The position numbers and the translations under genes were made by a program. The notes beneath the pieces are model-generated. The model was not told where the DNA came from. It saw only the letters and a list, made by a program, of their open reading frames with translations, and searched no databases. Shown in pieces: positions 17,982 through 26,864 of a stretch of 32,000 nt of DNA. This DNA comes from Candidatus Hadarchaeota archaeon. Its GTDB lineage: Archaea > Hadarchaeota > Hadarchaeia > Hadarchaeales > Hadarchaeaceae. The stretch spans positions 360,001-392,000 of the forward strand of contig CAZETV010000001.1 of assembly GCA_964514965.1 (NCBI GenBank). Reading direction: 5' to 3'. Position 1 is the stretch's first letter. The number at the start of each line of letters is the position of its first letter.

Positions 17982-19214
17982 ATGGCTGAGTTCGTCGCAA
18001 TCTCTAAGTCAGGCCCCCTCGCCGCAAACGAGGCGATGAATGCCCTCAAAGACGGAAAAAATGTGGTGCTCTTAGGCGGTGGTGTCGCGCTGGAGGAAGA
18101 AGTCGAGCTTAAGCAAGTTGCAGTTAAACGTGGACTCTTGCTCTTTGGCCCGAGATGCGACACTGCTATCGTCAATGGCACAAGTTACGGATTCTCCAAC
18201 GTGGTGCGCCAAGGTTCCATTGGCATTGTCGGCACCCTCGGAACTGGAATCCAAGAAGTTTCATGTTTAGTCGATAATGTTGGAATCTCACACATTTTTG
18301 GAGTGGGTACGCGCGACCTCTCGCAAAAAGTCGGCGGGATTGGGACGCTCTCGGCGTTGAAATTTCTGGAAGCTGACGAAGCAACAGAGGTCATCGTTCT
18401 GGTAAGTAGAGCCCCAGCGACTAGCATAACCCGCCTAGTTCTGAATGCAGTCAGCACCATTAGAAAGCCCGCAGTCGTGTGTTTTCTTGGAGACGACGCA
18501 AAGCTGATTTCCAAAGCTGGAGCAACACCCGCAGCCACGTTGGAGGACGCGGCGGCCAAGGCGGTTGCGCTGGCGCGGGGGGAAAAACCAAAAACAATCA
18601 GCTCCACGCTTCTTCCAAGTGAAGCCAAAGTGCTGGCCGAGCAGGAGTATTCAAAATTTGGCTATGGGCAAAAGTACATCAGGGGACTCTTTTCAGGAAG
18701 CGGATTGTGCATGGAAGCAATGTTGGTTTTGCAGAAGCTTGTGGGCGATGTTTACTCGAACGTCCCGCTTCGCCCAAAGATGCGATTACCAGACCCCCGC
18801 TCAAGCAAGCGCCATGTATGCGTCGATTTCGAGGCGGATGAATTTGCGCGAGGATTACCCAACCCTATTATCAATTTCGATCTCCGGTGTCAACGAATTC
18901 TGAAAGAGGCGCGAGACTGGGAGGTGGCCACGCTGTTATTCGATGTCGTTCTGGGGCAGGGCGCTCACTCCGACCCAGCATATGAGTTGACCAAAGCGGT
19001 CGAAGAAGCGAAGAGCATAACTGACCGGGAGGGAGGCTATCTCAGCGTGGTGGCATCCGTAATTGGAACTTCTCGAGACCCGCAAAATTTACCTGTACAA
19101 CGTGAGAAACTAGAAAAAGCCGGCATTATAGTCATGCCATCAAATGTTCAAGCGGCGCGGATGGCTGCGCTGATAGCCACTCATGGAGATGTATGGAAAA
19201 AAATGAGTTTGTGA
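17982..19214 (+). CDS. FdrA-like acyl-CoA synthetase (succinyl-CoA ligase alpha-like) family protein
   Basis: VVLLGGGVALEEEVELKQVAVKRGLLLFGPRCDTAIVNG, GFSNVVRQGSIGIVGTLGTGIQEVSCLVDNVGISHIFGVGTRDLSQKVGGIGTLSALKFLE, GLFSGSGLCMEAMLVL and FDVVLGQGAHSDPA match FdrA. Confidence 0.85.
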   Translation: MAEFVAISKSGPLAANEAMNALKDGKNVVLLGGGVALEEEVELKQVAVKRGLLLFGPRCDTAIVNGTSYGFSNVVRQGSIGIVGTLGTGIQEVSCLVDNVGISHIFGVGTRDLSQKVGGIGTLSALKFLEADEATEVIVLVSRAPATSITRLVLNAVSTIRKPAVVCFLGDDAKLISKAGATPAATLEDAAAKAVALARGEKPKTISSTLLPSEAKVLAEQEYSKFGYGQKYIRGLFSGSGLCMEAMLVLQKLVGDVYSNVPLRPKMRLPDPRSSKRHVCVDFEADEFARGLPNPIINFDLRCQRILKEARDWEVATLLFDVVLGQGAHSDPAYELTKAVEEAKSITDREGGYLSVVASVIGTSRDPQNLPVQREKLEKAGIIVMPSNVQAARMAALIATHGDVWKKMSL

Positions 19215-19262
19215 AAGGATAAATCGAACTAAGCTATTAATAAGACTTGGAGTACGAAACCG

Positions 19263-20186
19263 ATGCCACACGAACTAATCATTGTGGGCGGAGGACCTGC
19301 CGGCTTGAGCGCTGGAATATTCGGCGCCAGGAGCGGTCTGAAGACACTAATACTTGAGAAGGCGGTGGCAGGAGGACTAGCGGGAGAGGCTCCCTTGATC
19401 GAGAACTACCCCGGCCTAGATGCGATAAGGGGTATGGAACTCGTGAAGAAATTGAAGGAACACGCTGCAAAATACGTTGAGCTTAGAGAATTTGAACCCG
19501 TGAAGGACATAGAAGTCGGGGAGGATTTTTTGGTCCGCACGGAGAAAGGAGAGCACCTCACAAGAGCCCTGATACTCGCGACCGGCACGACCCACAGGAA
19601 ACTGGGCGTGAAAGGAGAAAATGAATTTTTTGGAAGGGGCGTATCCTATTGCGCCACCTGCGACGGTTTCCTCTTCAAGGGTAAGAAAATAGCGGTAGTC
19701 GGGGGCGGAAATTCTGCCGCGATGGAAGCTATTTACCTTGATAGTGTGGGATGTGATGTCACCTTAATTCACAGAAGAGACAAACTCAGGGCAGAGAATT
19801 ATCTTCAAAGAAATTTAGAGGAAAAAATTGACATCCGCTTGAATTCCGTAGTGGAGGGGATAACAGGTGATAATTTCGTGAAAAAGGTTAGAATAAACAA
19901 CACGAAGGAAAATACTAAAAAAGACCTCGAAGTAGCAGGAGTTTTCGTGTCAATAGGAGAGAACCCCAACAGCGAATTCGCGGCGAAAATCGGAATTTCC
20001 CTTGATGAGGAGGGCTATATCACAACCGACAAAACCCAGAGGACGAACATTCCCAGAGTTTATGCTGCGGGTGATGTAACGGGTGGAGTTAAACAGATTG
20101 TGGTGGCGTGTTCCAAGGGTGCGGTTGCTGCGTTATCGGCCTTCGAGGACCTCAGAAATCCCTACTGGGTAAAAAAAGTCCGTTAG
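19263..20186 (+). CDS. trxB: Thioredoxin-disulfide reductase-like flavoprotein
   Basis: FAD-binding [26 protein letters not shown], redox-active CATCDG, second Rossmann [43 protein letters not shown]. Confidence 0.95.
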   Translation: MPHELIIVGGGPAGLSAGIFGARSGLKTLILEKAVAGGLAGEAPLIENYPGLDAIRGMELVKKLKEHAAKYVELREFEPVKDIEVGEDFLVRTEKGEHLTRALILATGTTHRKLGVKGENEFFGRGVSYCATCDGFLFKGKKIAVVGGGNSAAMEAIYLDSVGCDVTLIHRRDKLRAENYLQRNLEEKIDIRLNSVVEGITGDNFVKKVRINNTKENTKKDLEVAGVFVSIGENPNSEFAAKIGISLDEEGYITTDKTQRTNIPRVYAAGDVTGGVKQIVVACSKGAVAALSAFEDLRNPYWVKKVR

Positions 20187-20218
20187 TGAAACCAAATCTC
20201 CGCAACTTTTCATCCAAA

Positions 20219-20836
20219 TTACGAGCCAGATTTGGTTCGTCGTCCTCCCCTTACGAACAGAAGGGGAAAAACAATATCACTCACGCAGCATGGAATCCAC
20301 ACCGCTACGAAGAGTATCGGGAAAATGAGCGGCAATAGCGGGAGCCAGTCCGCCGGAGCTACAAATGTTGTTAAGTAAAAAAGCGACGCGTAAGTACTTG
20401 TCAACACATGCCCTGCGTGCGGGACCTTTGTTCTAGACCATGACAGTCCAATCGCGATGCCAGCAAGCGCTGAGAGAGTTATGAGCCATGTGTGTTCGAT
20501 GAGAGATATGTGAAGAGTTATGGGTAACCCCAGCAACACCCCTCCGATATAAGGAAAAAATATATCGCTTATCGAACCTATCGCGATCGATCCGACGAAA
20601 CCGATTCCCACTGCCATCGCAACACTACCACGATATCTTCGATACATGGCAGTAGTTACGAGCGCGCTCAATACAATGCGGAGAGGATGCAAAACGTAGA
20701 AAATTGTATCAGAGGTTTCGAACGTAATCCCAACAAAGATTATAATGTTCATAAGAACTCCTCCGGTAAGAGCTCCAAATGCCGTGAAGGGAGCGTGTCT
20801 CTTGAGTTCATAAATGATTTGCTGTAGTAAACTCAA
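20219..20836 (-). CDS. Multi-pass membrane protein, unknown function, downstream of a DtxR-family regulator
   Basis: 205 aa, about 6 hydrophobic segments, including HISLIEHTWLITLSALAGIAIG and VWIPCCVSDIVFPLLFV. Confidence 0.7.
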   Translation of the reverse strand: MSLLQQIIYELKRHAPFTAFGALTGGVLMNIIIFVGITFETSDTIFYVLHPLRIVLSALVTTAMYRRYRGSVAMAVGIGFVGSIAIGSISDIFFPYIGGVLLGLPITLHISLIEHTWLITLSALAGIAIGLSWSRTKVPHAGHVLTSTYASLFYLTTFVAPADWLPLLPLIFPILFVAVWIPCCVSDIVFPLLFVRGGRRTKSGS

Positions 20837-20853
20837 GTTGTTTCACCTTCCAT

Positions 20854-21291
20854 TTATTTTTTCTTGCATTTTGAATCGCTGAAGATAACATTTTTGCATG
20901 GACAGATTTCTGGATGTCCGTAAGCCTTACAAATGGCGTTGATGAGTCCCCTCGAAGCACGGTAATCCAACTTAGAGGCCTCTTTGCAGGCCCTTTGGGT
21001 ATTGTACTTAAGGAAATCCGTAAAGAGAACCTCAAAAATCCTGTGCTTTCTCAGTAACTTCTGGGCTTCTGCGATACCCTCTTTCGTCAGCTCAACGCCA
21101 CGGTAGCGCCTATGTAAGATAAGTTTTTTATCGGAAAGATTTTGCATCACTTCAGTCACTGTGGCTGGTCGAACTCCAAGAGATTTTGCCACAACCGTAG
21201 TCCTGACCCTAGTGGATTGCTCGTACTGCCCTCTGTATATTAATTTTAAATATTTCGCTTCATTCTCAGTTATACTTAGCTCAGAACGCAT
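20854..21291 (-). CDS. DtxR/MntR-like metal-dependent transcriptional regulator
   Basis: LSITENEAKYLKLIYRGQYEQSTRVRTTVVAKSLGVRPATVTEVMQNLSDKKLILHRRYRGVELTKEGIAEAQKLLRKHRIFEVLFTDFL..., with Cys-rich tail GHPEICPCKNVIFSDSKCKKK. Confidence 0.9.
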   Translation of the reverse strand: MRSELSITENEAKYLKLIYRGQYEQSTRVRTTVVAKSLGVRPATVTEVMQNLSDKKLILHRRYRGVELTKEGIAEAQKLLRKHRIFEVLFTDFLKYNTQRACKEASKLDYRASRGLINAICKAYGHPEICPCKNVIFSDSKCKKK

Positions 21292-21309
21292 AACATTCCC
21301 ACCATATTA

Positions 21310-21349
21310 TTTTAGGGTTCCTAAATTTAACGGTTTAGGGGTTTCCTAA
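21310..21349. promoter_or_regulatory. Tandem DtxR-type operator-like palindromes
   Basis: TTTAGG-GTT-CCTAAA (21310..21324) and TTTAGG-GGTTT-CCTAAA (21333..21349). The unit TTCCTAAATTTAACGGTT is directly repeated at 21317..21334 and 21342..21359 (25-bp period), just upstream of the minus-strand DtxR gene. Confidence 0.7.
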
Positions 21350-21441
21350 ATTTAACGGTTGAGGCTCTAATCCAAAGACACTGCAGTAACCAAAAGGTTA
21401 AAAATAAATATTTATAATTCAACCTAGAAGAAATCGAGGAG

Positions 21442-21993
21442 ATGAAAATGGACTTTCTGCCGAGATATCTATTCCTCACCCGCGGAGTCGGACACGACCG
21501 GGAAAAATTAAAATCATTCGAATACGCCTTGGAAAATGCGGGTGTCGCGAGGTTCAACTTAGTGTCGGTTTCAAGCATAATCCCTCCAGGGTGCAAAATG
21601 ATATCTCGGGAAAAGGGTTTGAGCCACCTGCGCGATGGACAAATTATTTTTGGTGTTTTCGGAAAATGCTGCAGCAACGAGCGGAGGAGGCTAATATCCG
21701 CAAGCATAGGTTGCGCTCTTCCAGCAGACAAAAACACTTACGGGTATATCAGCGAACACGATGCCTACGGGCAAACGGCGGAAGAAGCCGGCGATTACTC
21801 AGAAGACTTGGCGGCTTCTATGCTCGCGGGCGCTTTAGGTTTACCTTTTGACCCAGACAAAAGCTGGAACGAGAGAAAACAAATATGGAAGATTTCTCGA
21901 AAAATCGTAAGGACTACAAACATGACACAGACCGCCTTGGTGAAGGAAGGAATGTGGTCAACGGTCTTCGCCGGAGCGGTTTTTGTGCTATAG
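21442..21993 (+). CDS. pdaD: Pyruvoyl-dependent arginine decarboxylase
   Basis: FLTRGVGHDREKLKSFEYALENAGVARFNLVSVSSIIPPGCKMISREKGLSHLRDGQIIFGVFGKCCSNERRRLISASIGCALP...GYISEHDAYGQTAEEAGDYSEDLAASMLA. The SVSSIIPPG region contains the pyruvoyl-forming serine. Confidence 0.95.
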   Translation: MKMDFLPRYLFLTRGVGHDREKLKSFEYALENAGVARFNLVSVSSIIPPGCKMISREKGLSHLRDGQIIFGVFGKCCSNERRRLISASIGCALPADKNTYGYISEHDAYGQTAEEAGDYSEDLAASMLAGALGLPFDPDKSWNERKQIWKISRKIVRTTNMTQTALVKEGMWSTVFAGAVFVL

Positions 21994-22029
21994 CGCGAGA
22001 AGTAAGCTACTATTTGCATTTGCCTATTT

Positions 22030-23205
22030 TCAGAGCTCATCCTCCGTGATTATGTGAAAGCCACTCCTCTTTAACAATGCAGCCGTAACTCCGTCTCCTT
22101 CGACCAACCTATCAGAAAATGTTCCACTATAAATTTTCCCACACCCGCAGGAAGGACTCCTCGCTTTCAATATAGCGTCCTTCACTCCTAGAAACTTCGC
22201 GATCTTCAAAACTTCTTCTGCACCTTTTACCAAATTTTCTGTCACGTCCTTACCGCTCCTGTTCACAACCATCGCCTTTCCATCCAAAACCTCCGAACCT
22301 CCTCCTTTGATTATCTCCATGGGCTCCCTAGGCGTTCCAAGCCCACCGAGTTGCTCAGGGCAGACAGGAATCAACATCTCTTTCGCGGCCAGCCACATTA
22401 CTTTCTCATCAAAGTTGTTTTGACAATTGTGCCTACAGTTAATTCCCAACAGGCATGCGCTCACGAGCCTCTTGGCTTGTTTCGATGCAACGCTGGCCGG
22501 CTGCTGTAAGCGTTCGAGCCCACTTATTGACACGGCTTCAACTTCCTTAGGGATTCCTATATCAGCTATTGTAACCGTACCCGTGTATTCCTTCGCTTCA
22601 AGAAAACCCCTCTTCATTTTATGGAAAGTTACGGTACAAGTTGCTTTAACCGCAAGCCCGTGCACCTCGCCAGTCGAAGGATTCAATCCTGTTGGCGAGT
22701 CTACTGAAACCACTGGGGTGCCTGACTCATTTATCAAGCGCACTACGGATGAAAATGGTTCCCTCAACGAGCCTCTCAAACCAGTCCCAAGCATGGCATC
22801 GACGATTACGTCTGCGTGCTTTTTGTAACGCTTTGCTTTCTCGAGGTCGGAAGGGCCTCTAATCACGTAGATTTTAATATTTCGTTCCATCTTCTGTATC
22901 AAGTTCCAATTCAGGCGCGCCTCCTCGGTGTGGATACCTCCAGGGTCTCCGATTAAGAAAAGATTGACTTTAGCTCCCTTGTTCGTTAAGTGTCTAGCGG
23001 CGACAAACCCATCTCCACCATTGTTCCCAGTCCCAGCGAAAACGATAATCTTTAATCTGTGGTTGAATTTCTCCATTATCGTTCGCGCAACTGCACCTCC
23101 AGCGTTTTCCATCAGTAAGAGACGTGAAATTCCAAATTCTACTGCTTTCTTATCTATCTCGGCCATTTCTTCTGCAGTAATTGTTCCAAGTTCAATTTTC
23201 GGCAT
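22030..23205 (-). CDS. Fusion: NAD(P)H-hydrate epimerase-like (YjeF_N) + DUF523 (TudS-like) protein
   Basis: Residues 1..about 230: MENAGGAVARTI, AGTGNNGGDGFVAARHL, VDAMLGTGLRG, VVSVDSPTGLNPSTGEVHG (YjeF_N). Residues about 242..391: RLVSACLLGINCRHNCQNNFDEK, IPVCPEQLGGLGTPREPMEI, AILKARSPSCGCGKIYSGTFSDRLVEGDGVTAALLKRSG (DUF523). No YjeF_C/kinase domain. Confidence 0.93.
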   Translation of the reverse strand: MPKIELGTITAEEMAEIDKKAVEFGISRLLLMENAGGAVARTIMEKFNHRLKIIVFAGTGNNGGDGFVAARHLTNKGAKVNLFLIGDPGGIHTEEARLNWNLIQKMERNIKIYVIRGPSDLEKAKRYKKHADVIVDAMLGTGLRGSLREPFSSVVRLINESGTPVVSVDSPTGLNPSTGEVHGLAVKATCTVTFHKMKRGFLEAKEYTGTVTIADIGIPKEVEAVSISGLERLQQPASVASKQAKRLVSACLLGINCRHNCQNNFDEKVMWLAAKEMLIPVCPEQLGGLGTPREPMEIIKGGGSEVLDGKAMVVNRSGKDVTENLVKGAEEVLKIAKFLGVKDAILKARSPSCGCGKIYSGTFSDRLVEGDGVTAALLKRSGFHIITEDEL

Positions 23206-23277
23206 CCTTATGGCGCCTCAAAATTTATGATTACTTCTCATCAGATCCCATTCTTAAGCTACAAAGTATATTTTAGC

Positions 23278-25203
23278 TTAGGCCAAGACCAGCAGCCTGA
23301 ACGCGATGCCACCCAGAATGAGGGCAAACGCTATCTCGAACACAGTTATATAAACGGTCTTCTTCCACCCCAGTTCCTTAACCAACGCTGCGATGGTTGC
23401 GATGCAGGGGATGTAGTACATCACGACTATGGCAAAGACAATCATTTGAATCGGAGTTAATACTGTTGCAAAATTCGTCGTGTTCGTGAGGGCCGCGAGC
23501 ATGACTAACGTGAGTTCCTTCCTGAGAATCCCAAAGATGAGCAGGACGCCTGTAATCACGGGCAGCCCCAACCACTCAACCGTTATTGGGCTCAAGGTAT
23601 TCGCGATAGGTTCCAACAGGCCTCCAACCTTTAATCCAGTAAGCACAAAGCTACCAATGATAATCAACGGAAACGCGATGTAAACAAAATCCTTCACCTT
23701 CATCCAAGTCTCTTTCAACACTGAACGCAAGTGCGGCTTCCGGTAGGGTGGCATCTCCATGATCAGCCCCATAGGTTCACCCGGTATGGCCTTGAACGCG
23801 ACCCTCCCCAAGATGAAAATTATCGCCAAATTGAGCAGGTATAATGCCAGCGCCCAATGAATCCCCACAAATGCTCCGACTAAACCTAGAACCACAATCG
23901 TCACGGCGGCACACGGTACTAACGTCACAACAAACGCAGCAATTGTTCGTTCTCGCTCGGTCTCCATTATCCTACACCCCAAACACGCGGGGACATTGCA
24001 GCCGTAGCCGAGTATGAACGGAATGAATGCTTTGCCGTGAATTCCCATCTTATGCATCAGGCTATCAGTCATGAACGCAGCACGAGGCAGGTACCCCGAG
24101 CCTTCTAGGAGAGTTAGGATAAGGTAGAAGGGCAGGATGAACGGCAGCACTATGGCTATCCCCGCTATCAATCCACCTAAGACCCCTTCTCCAATCAACT
24201 CCCCTATCTCACCTCCAAATACACCTCTAATCGGCCCCATCACGTCTTCAAAAAACCCGCTCAGATATCCGCCGACGGTAAAAACTGTGAAGAGGACCAG
24301 AAGCATAATGCCTATCAGGATTGGATAGCCCATGACCGGGTGGGTTGTCACCGCGTCCAGTCTTTCCGTTAGAGATGGCCCCCGCAACGGCGTAATCTGC
24401 TGGCTGTCCCTAGCAATTTTGTTCGCGACGTTATAGCGCTCGGATGTTATTATAGTTGAACATGGCTCGCCGTGAATTTTTTCTAAGTTACTCGCGTGCC
24501 TCTCAGCGCTGGAAACTATTTTCTGATCAATCCTGCCGACAATCCTCTTTATTTCTTCATCACCTTCGAGGAGTTTGATCGCGATCCATCTCGGTGGATA
24601 TTTAATAGGAATCTTTTCCACGAGCTTTGTGACCTTACTAATCTTTTCTTCTATTTCCCTACCGTATCTAATCTTAGCTGGCTTCGCCTTCTTGCCCTTC
24701 GCAATCTTCACAGCTTTGCCCATCAACTTACCTAGGCCGGTCCCCCCTGCGGCAATAGTTGGGATTATAGGTATACCGAGGGATTTTTGCAGTTGGGGAA
24801 TATTGATGGTTATGCCTTTCCCCTTAGCCGCATCTATTTGGTTCAGCGCCATAACCATCGGCGTCTCCAGTTCAAGCAACTGGATGGTGAAAAAGAGGTT
24901 TCTTTCGAGTACTGCGGCGTCGACGATGTTTATGACGATGTCCGGTTTTTGAGTTGCGATGTAATCCCGGGAGACCCGCTCCTCAATCGAGAACGCGGAG
25001 AGTGAATAAATACCGGGCAGGTCGATGATATCTATCGTGCGCCCCTTGAAATGAAGCGTCCCCTCCGCCTTTTCAACCGTCTTGCCAGGCCAGTTCCCGA
25101 TGTGTTGGTGTAACCCAGTAAAATAATTGAAGATGACGCTCTTTCCGACGTTTGCATTGCCCGCTAAGGCAATGGTTAAATTTCTCTTCTCGGCTGTTGA
25201 CAT
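23278..25203 (-). CDS. feoB: Ferrous iron transport protein B (FeoB)
   Basis: G1 motif AGNANVGKSVIFNYFTG, IIDIDLPGIYSLSAFSIEE-type G2/G3 region, G4 NQID, transporter GCNVPACLGCRIMETERERTIAAFVVTLVPCAA, LRKELTLVMLAALT. Confidence 0.96.
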   Translation of the reverse strand: MSTAEKRNLTIALAGNANVGKSVIFNYFTGLHQHIGNWPGKTVEKAEGTLHFKGRTIDIIDLPGIYSLSAFSIEERVSRDYIATQKPDIVINIVDAAVLERNLFFTIQLLELETPMVMALNQIDAAKGKGITINIPQLQKSLGIPIIPTIAAGGTGLGKLMGKAVKIAKGKKAKPAKIRYGREIEEKISKVTKLVEKIPIKYPPRWIAIKLLEGDEEIKRIVGRIDQKIVSSAERHASNLEKIHGEPCSTIITSERYNVANKIARDSQQITPLRGPSLTERLDAVTTHPVMGYPILIGIMLLVLFTVFTVGGYLSGFFEDVMGPIRGVFGGEIGELIGEGVLGGLIAGIAIVLPFILPFYLILTLLEGSGYLPRAAFMTDSLMHKMGIHGKAFIPFILGYGCNVPACLGCRIMETERERTIAAFVVTLVPCAAVTIVVLGLVGAFVGIHWALALYLLNLAIIFILGRVAFKAIPGEPMGLIMEMPPYRKPHLRSVLKETWMKVKDFVYIAFPLIIIGSFVLTGLKVGGLLEPIANTLSPITVEWLGLPVITGVLLIFGILRKELTLVMLAALTNTTNFATVLTPIQMIVFAIVVMYYIPCIATIAALVKELGWKKTVYITVFEIAFALILGGIAFRLLVLA

Positions 25204-25206
25204 TTT

Positions 25207-25830
25207 TTATTTCACCCTCACAAAAACTTTGGCTGCAATACCACGACCAATCGCCAGCGTGGTGCCCCTCACGGAAACCATAAGTGGGCCGCGAAATAGG
25301 GCTGATTTGACTACCTTTATCTCTGTACGGGGTGTTAGCCCAAGGTCGGTGAGCCTTTGGGAAGTCCCCCGTCCGCCTCCGATGAACGATACAATACCTT
25401 TCTGCCCGTCCAAAAGGCTAGTTAGTGACACAATGTTGCTGGGGGCGCCTGGGGGCAGGAATCTACCCCCTTCAAATCTTTGGTGGATAACTCGCTCAAG
25501 GTCATCTGGAATGTGATGCTCCAGCTCACATGCATCTTTATGAATCCTAGATTTCGGCAGGCCAAGATTGCTCAAAAACTTTTCCATCACCCTATGTTTT
25601 CTCAGAACTTTTTTCCCGATTTTTTCACCTTCAGGCGTTAAAGTGACTCCTCGATAAGGAACATATTTCAGGTACCCTTGCTTGGCTAATTTTTTCAGCA
25701 TCTGGGTCGCACTTGCAGGGGCCACTTTAAGCTCCTTAGCTACGCTAGTAGTGGTGGCGGCTTCTCCTCGCTCGTACAGGCAGTAGATTGCCTCCAAATA
25801 CTCCTCGGTGCTTTCTGTTGGCATAGACAA
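25207..25830 (-). CDS. DtxR-family regulator with C-terminal FeoA/SH3-like domain
   Basis: MPTESTEEYLEAIYCLYERGEAATTTSVAKELKVAPASATQMLKKLAKQGYLKYVPYRGVTLTPEG...HRVMEKFL, C-terminal LTDLGLTPRTEIKVVKSALFRGPLMVSVRGTTLAIGRGIAAKVFVRV. Adjacent to feoB. Confidence 0.93.
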   Translation of the reverse strand: MSMPTESTEEYLEAIYCLYERGEAATTTSVAKELKVAPASATQMLKKLAKQGYLKYVPYRGVTLTPEGEKIGKKVLRKHRVMEKFLSNLGLPKSRIHKDACELEHHIPDDLERVIHQRFEGGRFLPPGAPSNIVSLTSLLDGQKGIVSFIGGGRGTSQRLTDLGLTPRTEIKVVKSALFRGPLMVSVRGTTLAIGRGIAAKVFVRVK

Positions 25831-25832
25831 AT

Positions 25833-25871
25833 TTTAGGAATGCCTAAATTTAAAGTTTTGGTTAGCCTAAA
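25833..25871. promoter_or_regulatory. Tandem DtxR-type operator-like palindromes
   Basis: TTTAGG-AATG-CCTAAA (25833..25848, perfect) and TTTTGG-TTAG-CCTAAA (25856..25871, one mismatch), immediately upstream of the minus-strand DtxR-FeoA gene. Confidence 0.75.
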
Positions 25872-26008
25872 TTTTGAAAATACTTGGGCCCAACCGCGAG
25901 TTTAGTGGTTTGATTTTCCATGCATGCAGTGCACGCTTTGGCTATGATTTATCCAGATAATTTTTTCAAATTTTTATCCAATATAAACAACCCACACCCA
26001 AATCCTCG

Positions 26009-26272
26009 GTGGGAGAGATGACCACTTTACCCTTTGTTGTCGTGCTAGCCATAGCCTGGCACATAAGCTTAGCTTTGCTCGAGCGCTCACGCCATCCCAA
26101 ACAGACTAGACCCCCGCTGGCGAAGCTCCTGCTTTCAGTCGAGGTGGATCTGCTCAGGACACTCAGGAGCGAACTCAAACGGCGTCTTCAACTCAGGCGA
26201 GAGCCTATGAGTGAGCGGAAACTGTCAGAAGTTGAGAAAAGGTTGGAGGAGCTGGGTGGAGATGAGAGATGA
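26009..26272 (+). CDS. Small protein with N-terminal TM and charged helical tail, first gene of the secretion-like operon
   Basis: 87 aa: TTLPFVVVLAIAWHISLALLERS... then LLRTLRSELKRRLQLRREPMSERKLSEVEKRLEELGG. Overlaps the next start. Confidence 0.55.
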   Translation: MGEMTTLPFVVVLAIAWHISLALLERSRHPKQTRPPLAKLLLSVEVDLLRTLRSELKRRLQLRREPMSERKLSEVEKRLEELGGDER

Positions 26273-26864
26273 GTTGACATTTGAGTCATTCTTGGCCGCG
26301 GTTAACCGTTTTCTGGAATTGCCGCTCAAAGATGTGAGTTCAGCGGGTGGACTCTGGCCGAAACTAGATAACATGCTAGATTGGGCCCTCGGTGCAATCA
26401 AATTCGATACACCCCACCATTTGCGCTTGGCCAAGCTTGTATCCTCACTTAAAGCTGCGGCTACGAAATTTCTACAATCTCTGCTCAACGCGAAGCGTGG
26501 CGGCTACCTGCGCGATGATTGGACGCGCTTTGCCGAACTCGACTTCATCAAACTCAAAGACGAGGTTCTGGCCTTAAGAGAATTTTTGGTTGATGAAAAA
26601 GATTTTCTAAAGTTTTCTTTCTTGCGGGCGAGGTTGACAACTTTCAGCAAGGTTGACCCGGAGATATTGTTTAAAGAGCTGCATGAGGGGCAGGCGATAA
26701 GCGAGCGCACATGGGTACTCCTCATGACTCAGCCGAACGCGTGGCGAAAAGCGCTCAAAGACCGCAGGATTTCTGACGAGCTGACGCGCATATCGAGCTG
26801 GTTTCTCGATCTGCAGGAGACGAGGAGGGCACGAAAGTGTTTGGTGAGAAAGACGGCAAAGTAG
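26262..26864 (+). CDS. Hypothetical helical protein of the secretion-like operon
   Basis: Likely start MRDELTFESFLAAVNRFLELP at 26262 (ORF track starts at GTG 26211). Overlaps both the previous and next genes. Confidence 0.6.
   Translation: MRDELTFESFLAAVNRFLELPLKDVSSAGGLWPKLDNMLDWALGAIKFDTPHHLRLAKLVSSLKAAATKFLQSLLNAKRGGYLRDDWTRFAELDFIKLKDEVLALREFLVDEKDFLKFSFLRARLTTFSKVDPEILFKELHEGQAISERTWVLLMTQPNAWRKALKDRRISDELTRISSWFLDLQETRRARKCLVRKTAK

Noticed and set aside
21310-21359. Short CRISPR-like or transposon-end repeat
   Set aside because: Only two repeat copies, palindromic DtxR-type half-sites, and promoter-proximal placement next to a DtxR gene; better explained as operators.
25207-25830. 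Treating the DtxR-FeoA fusion beside feoB as novel
   Set aside because: DtxR-family regulators with FeoA/SH3-like C-terminal domains and linkage to feoB are well-known arrangements.
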